Source: Anthoceros angustus (lineage: Eukaryota > Plantae > Anthocerotophyta). Taken from it: a stretch of 64,000 nucleotides of DNA. A model generated the notes under the pieces. The model saw only the letters and a program-made list of their open reading frames with translations. It made no database searches and was not told the DNA's origin. A program made the position numbers and the translations under genes. Positions 48,272 through 58,707 of the stretch are shown in pieces. The first letter of the stretch is position 1; the number at the start of each line of letters is the position of its first letter. The stretch covers positions 1,054,001-1,118,000 of the forward strand of contig VJWM01000011.1 of NCBI GenBank assembly GCA_010909165.1, in the 5' to 3' direction.

Positions 48272-51200
48272 ATGCGATGCTTCTATACCATGTTTGCTCG
48301 GAGCGTTGCGTGTCATTGGCACTCAGGCCAAAGACAAACCTGTATGATAACAGGTATCCTTGGAAGCGCTGCCGCTCGGCTGAGTTCAAGGTGCCACCTG
48401 GTGGCCTACCAGGACGGTTCCAGGGGAAGAAGAGAGGGAGAAGGACCTTCCAGCGAGGGGAAACTCTTGTGGGGACAGTCTGTTCCGGACCAGACACTCT
48501 GGTGGCATAGTAGGTCCCATGCCCCAGACTTTCGGCAAAGGGAAATGACCTTGTCGAATGCACGTGGACCTCGCAGGACTGCAGGATACCAAACGGGCGT
48601 GACGGCTGAAACCGTGGACAGACTGTGTCGGGAGGGTGAGCTTAGTGAGGCCGTGAGCGCCCTAGGGGTCCTGGTACACGCCAATTTTCCTGTTGCCAGG
48701 TCCCTCTTCTATACTGTGCTCAAAATCTGCGGTGTTAAGAAGCATCTAGCTTTGGGTCGCCGTGTTCATGCTCTCACGCTGAGAGCGGGGTATGAGTCGG
48801 ACAAGTTCCTGAGCAACCACATCCTCCGAATGTATGCTTCTCATACACGGTTGCAGGAAGCGATGGATGTGTTCACCATGGTTGTCCAACCAGATGCCTT
48901 TATGTGGTCTTCTATAATCTCTGCGCATGTGCAACAGGGACAAGTCAAGGAGGCAATACAACTGTATCATGACATGCGCAGGTCAAGTGTGAAGCCAGAT
49001 GGGCATGTGTTCGTAGCAGCTCTACAGGCTTGTGCGAGGGGTGCGGACTTGGCATCGGGGCAGCAGGTGCATGCTGATGTGTTGGCGTGTGGCGTTGAGC
49101 CTCATTTGTTTGTGTATAATTGCTTGGTAGACATGTATGCAAAGTGTGGCAGCTTGGCAGACGCTCAGGGGTTGTTTGACATACTTCCCTGCAAAGATGT
49201 GGTGACGTGGAATGCGATGATGGGAGGATATTTCCAGCAAGGCAAGAATCAGGAAGCCCTTCGTCTGTACTGTTCTATGCGAGAAGAAGGTGTTACATCA
49301 CCTGATTCTGTGACATTTAGTTGCGTCCTGCAGGCATGTGCAGGTATTGGTATCCCTGCTTTGGCAAAGGGGAAGCTGCTTCATGCCCAGATTGAAGAAG
49401 AAGGCCTTCAGCATGATGTGGTTGTAGGGAACAATTTGATAAACATGTATGTGAAGTGTGGCAGCCTTGAAGAGGCCCAGAGTGCATTTGACGGTCTTCT
49501 ATTGAAGGATGTGGTGACGTGGACTGCTTTGATAGCAGGATACTCCCAGCAAGGCATGGGTCAGGAAGCTCTTCGTCTTTTCAGTGCAATGGAACAAGAG
49601 GGCGTAGCTGCACCCAATTCTGTGACATTTGTGTGCCTCCTGCAGGCATGTGCAAGTGTTGGTGCCAAGGCCATGGAGAGGGGTAAGCAGCTTCATGCAC
49701 AGATTGAAGACAAAGGCCTCCAATCGGATGTAACTATAGGCAATAGTCTGATAAATATGTATGTGAAGTGCGGCAGCCTGGAAAATGCTCAGAGCGTGTT
49801 TGATGGACTTTGTGACAAAGATGTGGTGACTTGGAGTGCTTTGATAGCAGGATATTGTCAGCATGGCAGGGTTCAGGAAGCTCTTCGTCTCTACAGTGCC
49901 ATGCGAGAGGAAGGCATCGCTCTGCCCAATTCTGTAACATTTGTGTGCCTTATACAGGCATGTGCAAGTGTGGGTATAGCGGCTTTGGAGAAGGGCATGC
50001 AGCTCCATGCTCAAATTGAACAACAAGGCCTTCAATCTGATGTGGTTGTTGCCAGTAGTTTGATCAACATGTATACAAAGTGCGGCAGCCTACAACTGGC
50101 TCAGAGCGTATTTGATAGACTTCCGCAAAAGGATGTGATGGCATGGACAGCTCTGATAGCAGGATACACGCAGCAGGGCATGGGTCAGAAAGCCCTTCGT
50201 CTTTACATTTCCATGCAGCAAGAAGGCATGGCTCAACTAAATACTGTCACATTTGTCTGCCTCTTGCAGGCATGTGTAAGTGTGGGGGTCACAGCTCTGG
50301 ACACTGGGAAACAGCTACATGCTCAGATTATACAACAAGGTCTTCAAGCTGATGTGGTTGTGGGCAACAGCTTGATAAACATGTATTCAAAGTGTGGCAG
50401 CCTACATCATGCGCAGAACGTGTTTGACAACCTTTCCCAGAAAGATGTGGTTACGTGGACTGCTCTCATAGCAGGTTATTCCCAGCAGGGCATGGGTTAT
50501 GAAGCCCTTCAGCTGTACAGCTCCATGCAAAAAGAAGGCGTCGTGCCACCGGATGCTGTGACATTTGTGTGCCTCTTGCAGGCGTGTGGAAGTATGGGTA
50601 CCCTGGCTTTGGAGAAGGGGAAGCAGCTCCATGCACAGATCAAAGAGCTTGGGCATCAGTTCAATTGTTTTGTAGCCAACAGTTTGGTCAACATGTATGC
50701 GAATTGTGGCAGCCTAGAGGAAGCCCAAAGCGTATTTGATTTACTTGGTCAGAAAGATGTAGTGACCTGGACCACTCTGATAGCCAGATATTCCCAGCAG
50801 GGCAGGGATCTGGAAGCCCTTCAGCTTTACAATGCAATGCAACAGGAAGGCATGGATGCGCCAAATGCTGTGACATTTGAGTGCCTCTTGAAGGCATGTG
50901 TAAATGTTGGGACGCCAGCTTTGGAGAAGGGAAAGGAGCTTCATGCACAAATTCAAGAACAAGGCCTTGGAGCTGATTTGACTTTAGGCAATCATCTGAT
51001 AAAAATGTATGCTAAGTGTGGCAGGCTAGAGGATGCCCAGGGTGTGTTTGACGCACTTCCTGCAAAAGACTTGGTGACGTGGACTGCTCTGATTGCAGGT
51101 TATTCACAGCAGGGCATGGGTGAGGAAGCCCTTCGTCTCCATAGTGCTATGCGAGACGATGGCTTTCCTCCAGCCAGTGCGCTAACAATGGTGTGCATCC

Positions 51201-52342
51201 TGCAGGCATGTGCAATTGTGGGTATCACTGCTTTGGAAACTGGAAAGCAACTTCATGCTGAGATTGCTGCCCAAGGCCTTGCATCTGATTTACTCGTGGC
51301 CAACAGCTTGATAAACATGTATGCAAAGTGTGGAAGCATACAGCACGCTCAGAGCCTGTTCAACACGCTTCCTCACAAAGATGTGGTGACATGGACCACT
51401 CTGATAGCAGGATATTCCCAGCAGGGCATGGTTCAGCAAGCCTTTCAGGTGTACAATGCTATGCGACAAGAAGGCATCACTGCACCCGATTCTGTGACAT
51501 TTGTGTGCCTCCTGCAAGCATGTGGAGATGTGGCAGCTTTGCATGCAGGAAGGCAGATTCATGCAGAAATTGATGACCAAGGGCTTCAAGCTGATGTCGT
51601 TGTAGCCATTAGTTTGATAGACATGTATTCAAAGTCTGGAAGTATGGTTGAGGCACAGAAGGTCTTTGATGGATTGCCTGAAAGAGGCGTAGTGGCCTGG
51701 AATGCACTGATTGCAGGATACAGCCGCCAAGGGGACAGCAAGTTGGTGTTTGCCTTGGCTAGCAGAATGGCAGAAGATGGTATACGTCCAGACGGCATTA
51801 CTTTCCTAAGCCTGCTGACAGTTTGCAGTCATGCAGGTTTAGTGAACAAGGGGCGAGAATACTTCGAGGCTATGAGCAGATACCATGGCATCATTCCCAC
51901 CGCGGAGCACTACTCATGCATAGTAGATCTCCTAGGTCGTTCAGGCCAACTTGATGAGGCACTAGCAGTTGTTAGGACTATGCCTGAACAGCCTCATATT
52001 GCGGTCTGGCGCACTCTACTGGGTGCTTGTCAAAAGTGGAGCACCGTAGAGATTGCGCGTTATGCTTTTAGTGAAGCAGTGAAGCTGCACCCACAAGATG
52101 CTGCAGCGTATGTATTGATGTCTAACATATATACAGGTGCCCAGATGCAGGAGGAGGCAGAGGAAATGCAGGCAACGAGACAGGAAATCGGGGCATGGAA
52201 GCAACCTGGACAGAGCTGGTGGACTGACCCGGACGGTCTGGTGCACAGCTTTGTGGTTGCAGATAAACAGCATCCTGCTAGTGAAGTGTTCTCTGCTATG
52301 CCGCACTGTATCAGCTTGCTGTCATCGGGGATAAACAGGTAA
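48272..52342 (+). CDS. Intronless PLS-class PPR RNA-editing factor, ~32 repeats + E1/E2 + WW-type PG box; deaminase domain truncated (E+)
   Basis: Nine P-L-S triplets plus a leading L-S, then P2-L2-S2 (GITFLSLLTVCSHAGLV, AEHYSCIVDLLGRSG), E1/E2 and KQPGQSWWTDPDGLVHSFVVADKQHP. Stop occurs before any HxE/CxxC. True start may be 48272 or a later Met. Confidence 0.95.
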   Translation: MRCFYTMFARSVACHWHSGQRQTCMITGILGSAAARLSSRCHLVAYQDGSRGRREGEGPSSEGKLLWGQSVPDQTLWWHSRSHAPDFRQREMTLSNARGPRRTAGYQTGVTAETVDRLCREGELSEAVSALGVLVHANFPVARSLFYTVLKICGVKKHLALGRRVHALTLRAGYESDKFLSNHILRMYASHTRLQEAMDVFTMVVQPDAFMWSSIISAHVQQGQVKEAIQLYHDMRRSSVKPDGHVFVAALQACARGADLASGQQVHADVLACGVEPHLFVYNCLVDMYAKCGSLADAQGLFDILPCKDVVTWNAMMGGYFQQGKNQEALRLYCSMREEGVTSPDSVTFSCVLQACAGIGIPALAKGKLLHAQIEEEGLQHDVVVGNNLINMYVKCGSLEEAQSAFDGLLLKDVVTWTALIAGYSQQGMGQEALRLFSAMEQEGVAAPNSVTFVCLLQACASVGAKAMERGKQLHAQIEDKGLQSDVTIGNSLINMYVKCGSLENAQSVFDGLCDKDVVTWSALIAGYCQHGRVQEALRLYSAMREEGIALPNSVTFVCLIQACASVGIAALEKGMQLHAQIEQQGLQSDVVVASSLINMYTKCGSLQLAQSVFDRLPQKDVMAWTALIAGYTQQGMGQKALRLYISMQQEGMAQLNTVTFVCLLQACVSVGVTALDTGKQLHAQIIQQGLQADVVVGNSLINMYSKCGSLHHAQNVFDNLSQKDVVTWTALIAGYSQQGMGYEALQLYSSMQKEGVVPPDAVTFVCLLQACGSMGTLALEKGKQLHAQIKELGHQFNCFVANSLVNMYANCGSLEEAQSVFDLLGQKDVVTWTTLIARYSQQGRDLEALQLYNAMQQEGMDAPNAVTFECLLKACVNVGTPALEKGKELHAQIQEQGLGADLTLGNHLIKMYAKCGRLEDAQGVFDALPAKDLVTWTALIAGYSQQGMGEEALRLHSAMRDDGFPPASALTMVCILQACAIVGITALETGKQLHAEIAAQGLASDLLVANSLINMYAKCGSIQHAQSLFNTLPHKDVVTWTTLIAGYSQQGMVQQAFQVYNAMRQEGITAPDSVTFVCLLQACGDVAALHAGRQIHAEIDDQGLQADVVVAISLIDMYSKSGSMVEAQKVFDGLPERGVVAWNALIAGYSRQGDSKLVFALASRMAEDGIRPDGITFLSLLTVCSHAGLVNKGREYFEAMSRYHGIIPTAEHYSCIVDLLGRSGQLDEALAVVRTMPEQPHIAVWRTLLGACQKWSTVEIARYAFSEAVKLHPQDAAAYVLMSNIYTGAQMQEEAEEMQATRQEIGAWKQPGQSWWTDPDGLVHSFVVADKQHPASEVFSAMPHCISLLSSGINR

Positions 52343-53029
52343 TGTCAAACCCATTTGAACTCAAGGCCTAGGGTAATGCCACCAGCATGAATTCCTGACC
52401 CTGCTGAAGGAAATATGTAGATCTTCATCGATTGCCCACTTGATCTACTCTTAATGTAGTTAGCAGATACTAGAGTACACCGCCCAGTTCCAGACAAGAT
52501 ATGCAAGGTACGCTGGAAAATCTCGTGGAGAGTGCCATGAGGAGCGGCATCTGAAAGCGATCTTAGCCTAACCAAGATTGAGCCAAGGTCGTCATTACAC
52601 GCGCCTGACTGCTTCGCTGCTCGATGAGCCCGAAACCGGCCGTCTCCTTTCTCAATGGATCACAAACAGACAGTTATAACTGACCCTTCATAACGGACCC
52701 GAGGAAGGCCGGGTGATGGGGTAAACGAGTTTTCGGGTGCTTGGCTTGGCCGGTGTTCACATTGCGGATTGAAAAATGCAGGTAAGTAGGCAAGCCCTAA
52801 ACCTTGTAACAAACACAACAAACTTGTAGCAAAAACAGACATGCACATACATTCCACATGCATTTGGCAAATGTAAGAGAACTTAGGAGGAAGGTAAGTA
52901 GGCACGCTCTAAACGTTGTAACGAACACAGCAAACTTGAAGCTAAAACAGATACGCAGCACTTGGCAAATGAAGTAGAAATAGCTCACCCGAGCAGTTAT
53001 TCTCATCCCCCAACAGTTCCTCACCCCTC

Positions 53030-53300
53030 CCCGATTCCTATGTTGCGTGTCACCAGAGTAGTAAAACGTAATCCCGATTCCCATGTTGCGTGTAACCAGA
53101 GTAGTGAAAAAGGTAAAAATCCGATTCCCATGTTGCGTGTAACCAGAGTAGTAAAAAAGGTAAAATCCCGATTCCTATGTTGCGTGTAACCAAAGTAGTA
53201 AAAAAGGTAAAATCCCGATTCCTATGTTGCGTGTAACCAAAGTAGTTAAAAAAGTATTATCCCGATTCCTATGTCGCGTGTAACCAGAGTATTAAAAAAG
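53030..53300. repeat. ~46 bp tandem repeat x6 immediately 3' of the tRNA
   Basis: CCCGATTCC(T/C)ATGTTGCGTGTAACCA(G/A)AGTAGTAAAAAAGGTAAAAT units. Confidence 0.92.
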
Positions 53301-53325
53301 ATAAACGGGCCCGGTGAACCCTCCA

Positions 53326-53406
53326 CGTGGTCGGCAGGATTCGAACCTGCGCGGGCGAACCCACATGATTTCTAGTCATGCCCGATAACCACTCCGGCAC
53401 GACCAC
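53326..53406 (-). tRNA. trnS-AGA: tRNA-Ser(AGA)
   Basis: GTGGTCGTGCCGGAGTGGTTATCGGGCATGACTAGAAATCATGTGGGTTCGCCCGCGCAGGTTCGAATCCTGCCGACCACG: cloverleaf with CATGA-CT AGA AA-TCATG anticodon arm, long variable arm, A/B boxes and a downstream T6. Confidence 0.96.
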
Positions 53407-54008
53407 TTTGATGCACAGACTCAAAGATTAAAACATTAAGTCATGTAAATTCGACACTCGGTCTCCCTGCGCAAACAAACATGGAGTATGAAGAGTGCCC
53501 AGCTTGGAAGATGATGAAAACATGCTCGACGGGTGGTTACAAACCGGTGGTCACTCGTGGGCTGCCCAGGGCATGATGCAAGACCTGTTATTCATTTAAG
53601 TACACTAAGAACGGATTTTCGTCATGGAACTTGGTACTTAACAACTTTTGTACCATGGTGTGCCTAAGGTACTTGCACCATGGGCATGCACTCCCTTTAA
53701 GCACTCCATCTAAGTATCGATCTAAGCACAAGATGCTTAATCACGAAGATCTTATAAATGTATGTACACGCAAGATGCTTAATTACGACATTCTTATAAA
53801 TGTATGTCCATTTGACCTAAGCCATTTGGACACTTGTGTGACAGCCGAATGGTTCTCCGGTCTCCCCCATTTCGTGTGACACTCGTGTGCCCCTTCATTG
53901 CTTTTGCGAGTCTATGCCTTATTCATGCCATAAATTTGGAAAATCAGTTTTACCTACACAAAACGAAACAAGTTTTACCTACATATTTGGAGAAGCTAAC
54001 TTATATAT

Positions 54009-54356
54009 TTGGAGAAGCTAACTGGTAAAAACCTCCAGGGGATTCATGATCCATCTGCTCCTTCTTGTCATGGTGGCAACACATTATCGGAAGTTGTTTC
54101 CAAGACGGCGGACCGTGCTCGCCATACTTTGAACTTGAAAATTTTTGGTCTTGGTAATGACATTGTTGCACCACTTGTGGCTGCAAAGGAGTTTCTCAAT
54201 AGGCTAAAGGTCGATGTGGTCGTTCCTCGAGCCTTCTGGCTTGGAAAGGATCCTAGTAGGGAACGCATATTGATTATGACTGTGCACTTTATGAAGGCTA
54301 GGTCTATGTTACGGACAACTCAGTTATATATGAGTGAGGATCTTACACGAAGCTAG
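54009..54356 (+). pseudogene. LINE ORF1-like remnant
   Basis: LKIFGL...RAFWLGKDPSRERILIMTV...LYMSEDLT resembles the ORF1p RRM/CTD ending (R.G...RP.IV......I.EDLT). Confidence 0.45.
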
Positions 54357-55422
54357 TCACTTTCAGCGCATCTTGTGCTGCAGGTCAAGTGGGAATGAAT
54401 TGGTGGTGTTTGGTCCTCATTCACGCAATTTCATTGACAATGTTGATTGATTGACGATTATTTATCTTATTTGAATTTTATTTTTACATTTGAAAATTAT
54501 TTATCTTATTTAAATTTTACCATTATATTCGTCCACACCATTTTACCGCAAGCTACTGTATATAGTTATCATATTTCAGTCCCATGATGCCCTTAGTGGA
54601 CTTCAATAAAATTCTTCTTCTTCTTCTCGTCCAGACATGTGCCCGTGTGGGCACCACTCTCGGAGGGTACATAGTAGTTAATGCACCTGGTCACGGACCG
54701 CCATGATAGCACGGCATTCCAAGTTCCCAGCAGGGCACGGGGCCCTGCAGCAAAGCTCGTCAACTCTAGTATAACAGGGCAATGCGAGAAGAAGGCATGG
54801 ACCCCCTGATTCCGTGACATCACTGTACATGAAGCCCGGACGAACTTTAGTGACCGGGGCAGCAGTTGTGATTATAAAAGAAGTTGTCCTAGGACACGAT
54901 GTACTGCAATAAGAATCAGCTCGCAAACAGAGAAGAGTGGAACTCGTCCTGACGTACCGTAAAAAGAATTACTTTCTGTTACATATGTACATACATTATG
55001 TAGTGGCAGCATAACGCCAACACTGGAAGCACATTCTCTGATGTACAATATCCTACGTCTGCCTCGTTTCTGTCAGAGACTCTGCTGAGAATTCCACCAC
55101 GTCGGCATGTACTTTCTGCTTCGTTTTATTCCAACTCCCAAACAGCCCGGAGATTGTAATGAGAAGAGCCGGGAGATTGTAATGAGACTCCCTAGGAACT
55201 CGCCAGTGATGTGCCCGGGTAAATACTGAAGGGGCTTTCTTCGGAGATGGTGAAAGCGGAATTGCACACTATGCTTAGAGAGGAGACCACCTGGATGGTG
55301 GTGTCCTCGGGCCTGGTTGACGAGCTCTTCCAGAGACGGAGTGTCTGTGAAAGGAGTTGGATGAAGCTTCCTATTTGGCCATGAATTCTGTTGCGCCAGA
55401 GCTGCAGAAGCATCCACCTGCT

Positions 55423-57671
55423 CCTCTGCCTCTGCCTCTGCCTCTGCCTCTGCCTCTGCCTCTGCCTCTGCCTCTGCCTCTCTGCCTCTGCCTCTGCCTC
55501 TGCCTCTGCCTCTGCCTCTGCCTCTGCCTCTGCCTCTGCCTCTGCCTCTGCCTCTGCCTCTGCCTCTGCCTCTGCCTCTGCCTCTGCCTCTGCCTCCTCT
55601 GCCTCTGCCTCTGCCTCTGCCTCTGCCTCTGCCTCTGCCTCTGCCTCTGCCTCTGCCTCTGCCTCTGCCTCTGCCTCTGCCTCTGCCTCTGCCTCCTCTG
55701 CCTCTGCCTCTGCCTCTGCCTCTGCCTCTGCCTCTGCCTCTGCCTCTGCCTCTGCCTCTGCCTCTGCCTCTGCCTCTGCCTCTGCCTCTGCCTCTGCCTC
55801 TGCCTCTGCCTCTGCCTCTGCCTCTGCCTCTGCCTCTGCCTCTGCCTCTGCCTCTGCCTCTGCCTCTGCCTCTGCCTCTGCCTCTGCCTCTGCCTCTGCC
55901 TCTGCCTCTGCCTCTGCCTCTGCCTCTGCCTCTGCCTCTGCCTCTGCCTCTGCCTCTGCCTCTGCCTCTGCCTCTGCCTCTGCCTCTGCCTCTGCCTCTG
56001 CCTCTGCCTCTGCCTCTCTGCCTCTGCCTCTGCCTCTGCCTCTGCCTCTGCCTCTGCCTCTGCCTCTGCCTCTGCCTGCCTCTGCCTCTGCCTCTGCCTC
56101 TGCCTGCCTGCCTCTGCCTCTGCCTCTGCCTCTGCCTCTGCCTCTGCCTCTGCCTCTGCCTCTGCCTCTGCCTGCCTCTGCCTCTGCCTCTGCCTCTGCC
56201 TCTGCCTCTGCCTCTGCCTCTGCCTCTGCCTCTGCCTCTGCCTCTGCCTCTGCCTCTGCCTCTGCCTCTGCCTCTGCCTCTGCCTCTGCCTCTGCCTCTG
56301 CCTCTGCCTCTGCCTCTGCCTCTGCCTCTGCCTCTGCCTCTGCCTCTGCCTCTGCCTCTGCCTCTGCCTCTGCCTCTGCCTCTGCCTCTGCCTCTGCCTC
56401 TGCCTCTGCCTCTGCCTCTGCCTCTGCCTCTGCCTCTGCCTCTGCCTCTGCCTCTGCCTCTGCCTCTGCCTCTGCCTCTGCCTCTGCCTCCTCTGCCTCT
56501 GCCTCTGCCTGCCTCTGCCTCTGCCTCTGCCTCTGCCTCTGCCTCTGCCTCTGCCTCTGCCTCCTGCCTCTGCCTCTGCCTCTGCCTCTGCCTCTGCCTC
56601 TGCCTCTGCCTCTGCCTCTGCCTCTGCCTCTGCCTCTGCCTCTGCCTCTGCCTCTGCCTCTGCCTCTGCCTGCCTCTGCCTCTGCCTCTGCCTCTGCCTC
56701 TGCCTCTGCCTCTGCCTCTGCCTCTGCCTCTGCCTCTGCCTCTGCCTCTGCCTCTGCCTCTGCCTCTGCCTCTGCCTCTCTGCCTCTGCCTCTGCCTCTG
56801 CCTCTGCCTCTGCCTCTGCCTCTGCCTCTGCCTCTGCCTCTGCCTCTGCCTCTGCCTCTGCCTCTGCCTCTGCCTCTGCCTCTGCCTCTGCCTCTGCCTC
56901 CTCTGCCTCTGCCTCTGCCTCTGCCTCTGCCTCTGCCTCTGCCTCTGCCTCTGCCTCTGCCTCTGCCTCTGCCTCTGCCTCTGCCTCCTCTGCCTCTGCC
57001 TCTGCCTCTGCCTCTGCCTCTGCCTCTGCCTCTGCCTCTGCCTCTGCCTCTGCCTCTGCCTCTGCCTCTGCCTCTGCCTCTGCCTCTGCCTCTGCCTCTG
57101 CCTCTGCCTCTGCCTCTGCCTCTGCCTCTGCCTCTGCCTCTGCCTCTGCCTCTGCCTCTGCCTCTGCCTCTGCCTCTGCCTCTGCCTCTGCCTCTGCCTC
57201 TGCCTCTGCCTCTGCCTCTGCCTCTGCCTGCCTCTGCCTCTCTGCCTGCCTCTGCCTCTGCCTCTGCCTCTGCCTCTGCCTCTGCCTCTGCCTCTGCCTC
57301 TCTGCCTGCCTCTGCCTCTGCCTCTGCCTCTGCCTCTGCCTCTGCCTCTGCCTCCTCTGCCTCTGCCTCTGCCTCTGCCTCTGCCTCTGCCTCTGCCTCT
57401 GCCTCTGCCTCTGCCTCTGCCTCTGCCTCTGCCTCTGCCTCTGCCTCTGCCTCTGCCTCTGCCTCTGCCTCTGCCTCTGCCTCTGCCTCTGCCTCTGCCT
57501 CTGCCTCTGCCTCTGCCTCTGCCTCTGCCTCTGCCTCTGCCTCTGCCTCTGCCTCTGCCTCTGCCTCTGCCTCTGCCTCTGCCTCTCTGCCTCTGCCTCT
57601 GCCTCTGCCTCTGCCTCTGCCTCTGCCTCTGCCTCTGCCTCTGCCTCTGCCTCTGCCTCTGCCTCTGCCTC
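55423..57671. repeat. Very long hexamer microsatellite (CCTCTG)n/(CAGAGG)n, ~375 units
   Basis: Essentially pure array with only 1-3 nt unit deletions and no A on the + strand. Confidence 0.99.
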
Positions 57672-58707
57672 CAGGGAATGGCCAGGATCGGCCAGTTAGT
57701 GACATTAACTGCAAGAACGTCAAGAAGGACAAACTTAGCAGTACGAAAAGGCTTACGAAGGACTGCAAGAAGTAAATATCAAGCTCAAGCACCAGGAACA
57801 GCAAAAGCGCTACCCAAAGCCCTGGTAACAAAAAGCTTACTACACAGGCAAAATCACCATCGGATGGTGGGTGGTGGCGCCAAGGCGACGAACCCTGCAT
57901 GCTTGGCCACGTTTTCAGGTTGAGGACCTTTAACAAACAAGCAATGAAATGCCTGGTGCGCGTGATAAAAGCAAAAGATACTGAATTTACTGTATGCTAT
58001 TAGAGCGTGATGATTCTTCTGACCGCACCTACACAACTTTTCACAGGCTAGCTGGCAAATGGAAAGCCGGCATGCGGGGACTCGTCCTGACTCCAATTTT
58101 CAATTTCCGACATGCACCGGGCTGCAAAGGTTCCAGCCCACATACTACCTTGATGAGGAGCAGGAAAACCTGGAACCAATGAACAATGCTTCATCAAACA
58201 TGTTCCCCCGAGAAGTGGTAAGGGAGGAGCGATGCCGTTACTCTGTACAAGAGACATCTAGCTTGTTCGGGGATGGAAGAGTGAAGAAGGGTCTTCCGTC
58301 CAAAAGCTCGAACTCCATAAAACCGGCGTCCTATCCAGGGAGGGGACTACCCAGACGGGTCAGTGGCTGTGTATTCTTGCATAAATCCACATTCGACTCC
58401 AGGTGCAAAGCACTTTGAAGGCGGAGTCTTCCTCCAACCTCCAGGAAGACTGGGAAAGACCCACTGCCGTAATAGTGAGCACGCGGCCCACGCGAAAACA
58501 GAATAATAATCGTTCCGCAGCCACGGGTGGTAGCCCGATATCAGAAATCTTTGATGACGACCGGCCTGGACGCTGCCAGTCGCCTCCAACACTGCAATCA
58601 GTGCATTGCGCAGCGGGCACATTGTTTTTAGAGCTTGTGCATCTGGTTTGCACCGCGTGGAGACTCGGAAAGCCCAGCTTGCAAGCTCGCTGGTGCTTGC
58701 CGTGGCG

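Noticed and set aside
52343-52620. Continuation of the DYW deaminase after the PPR stop
   Set aside because: No HxE(x)nCxxC or terminal DYW-like motif found in the + frames I read.
54590-55420. Possible LINE endonuclease remnant on the minus strand (SHCPVILEL)
   Set aside because: Single short motif with no other APE motifs in order; insufficient support.
55192-57936. 780-914 aa ORFs on both strands
   Set aside because: They arise from the stop-free hexamer microsatellite; the dipeptide repeats switch at unit deletions.
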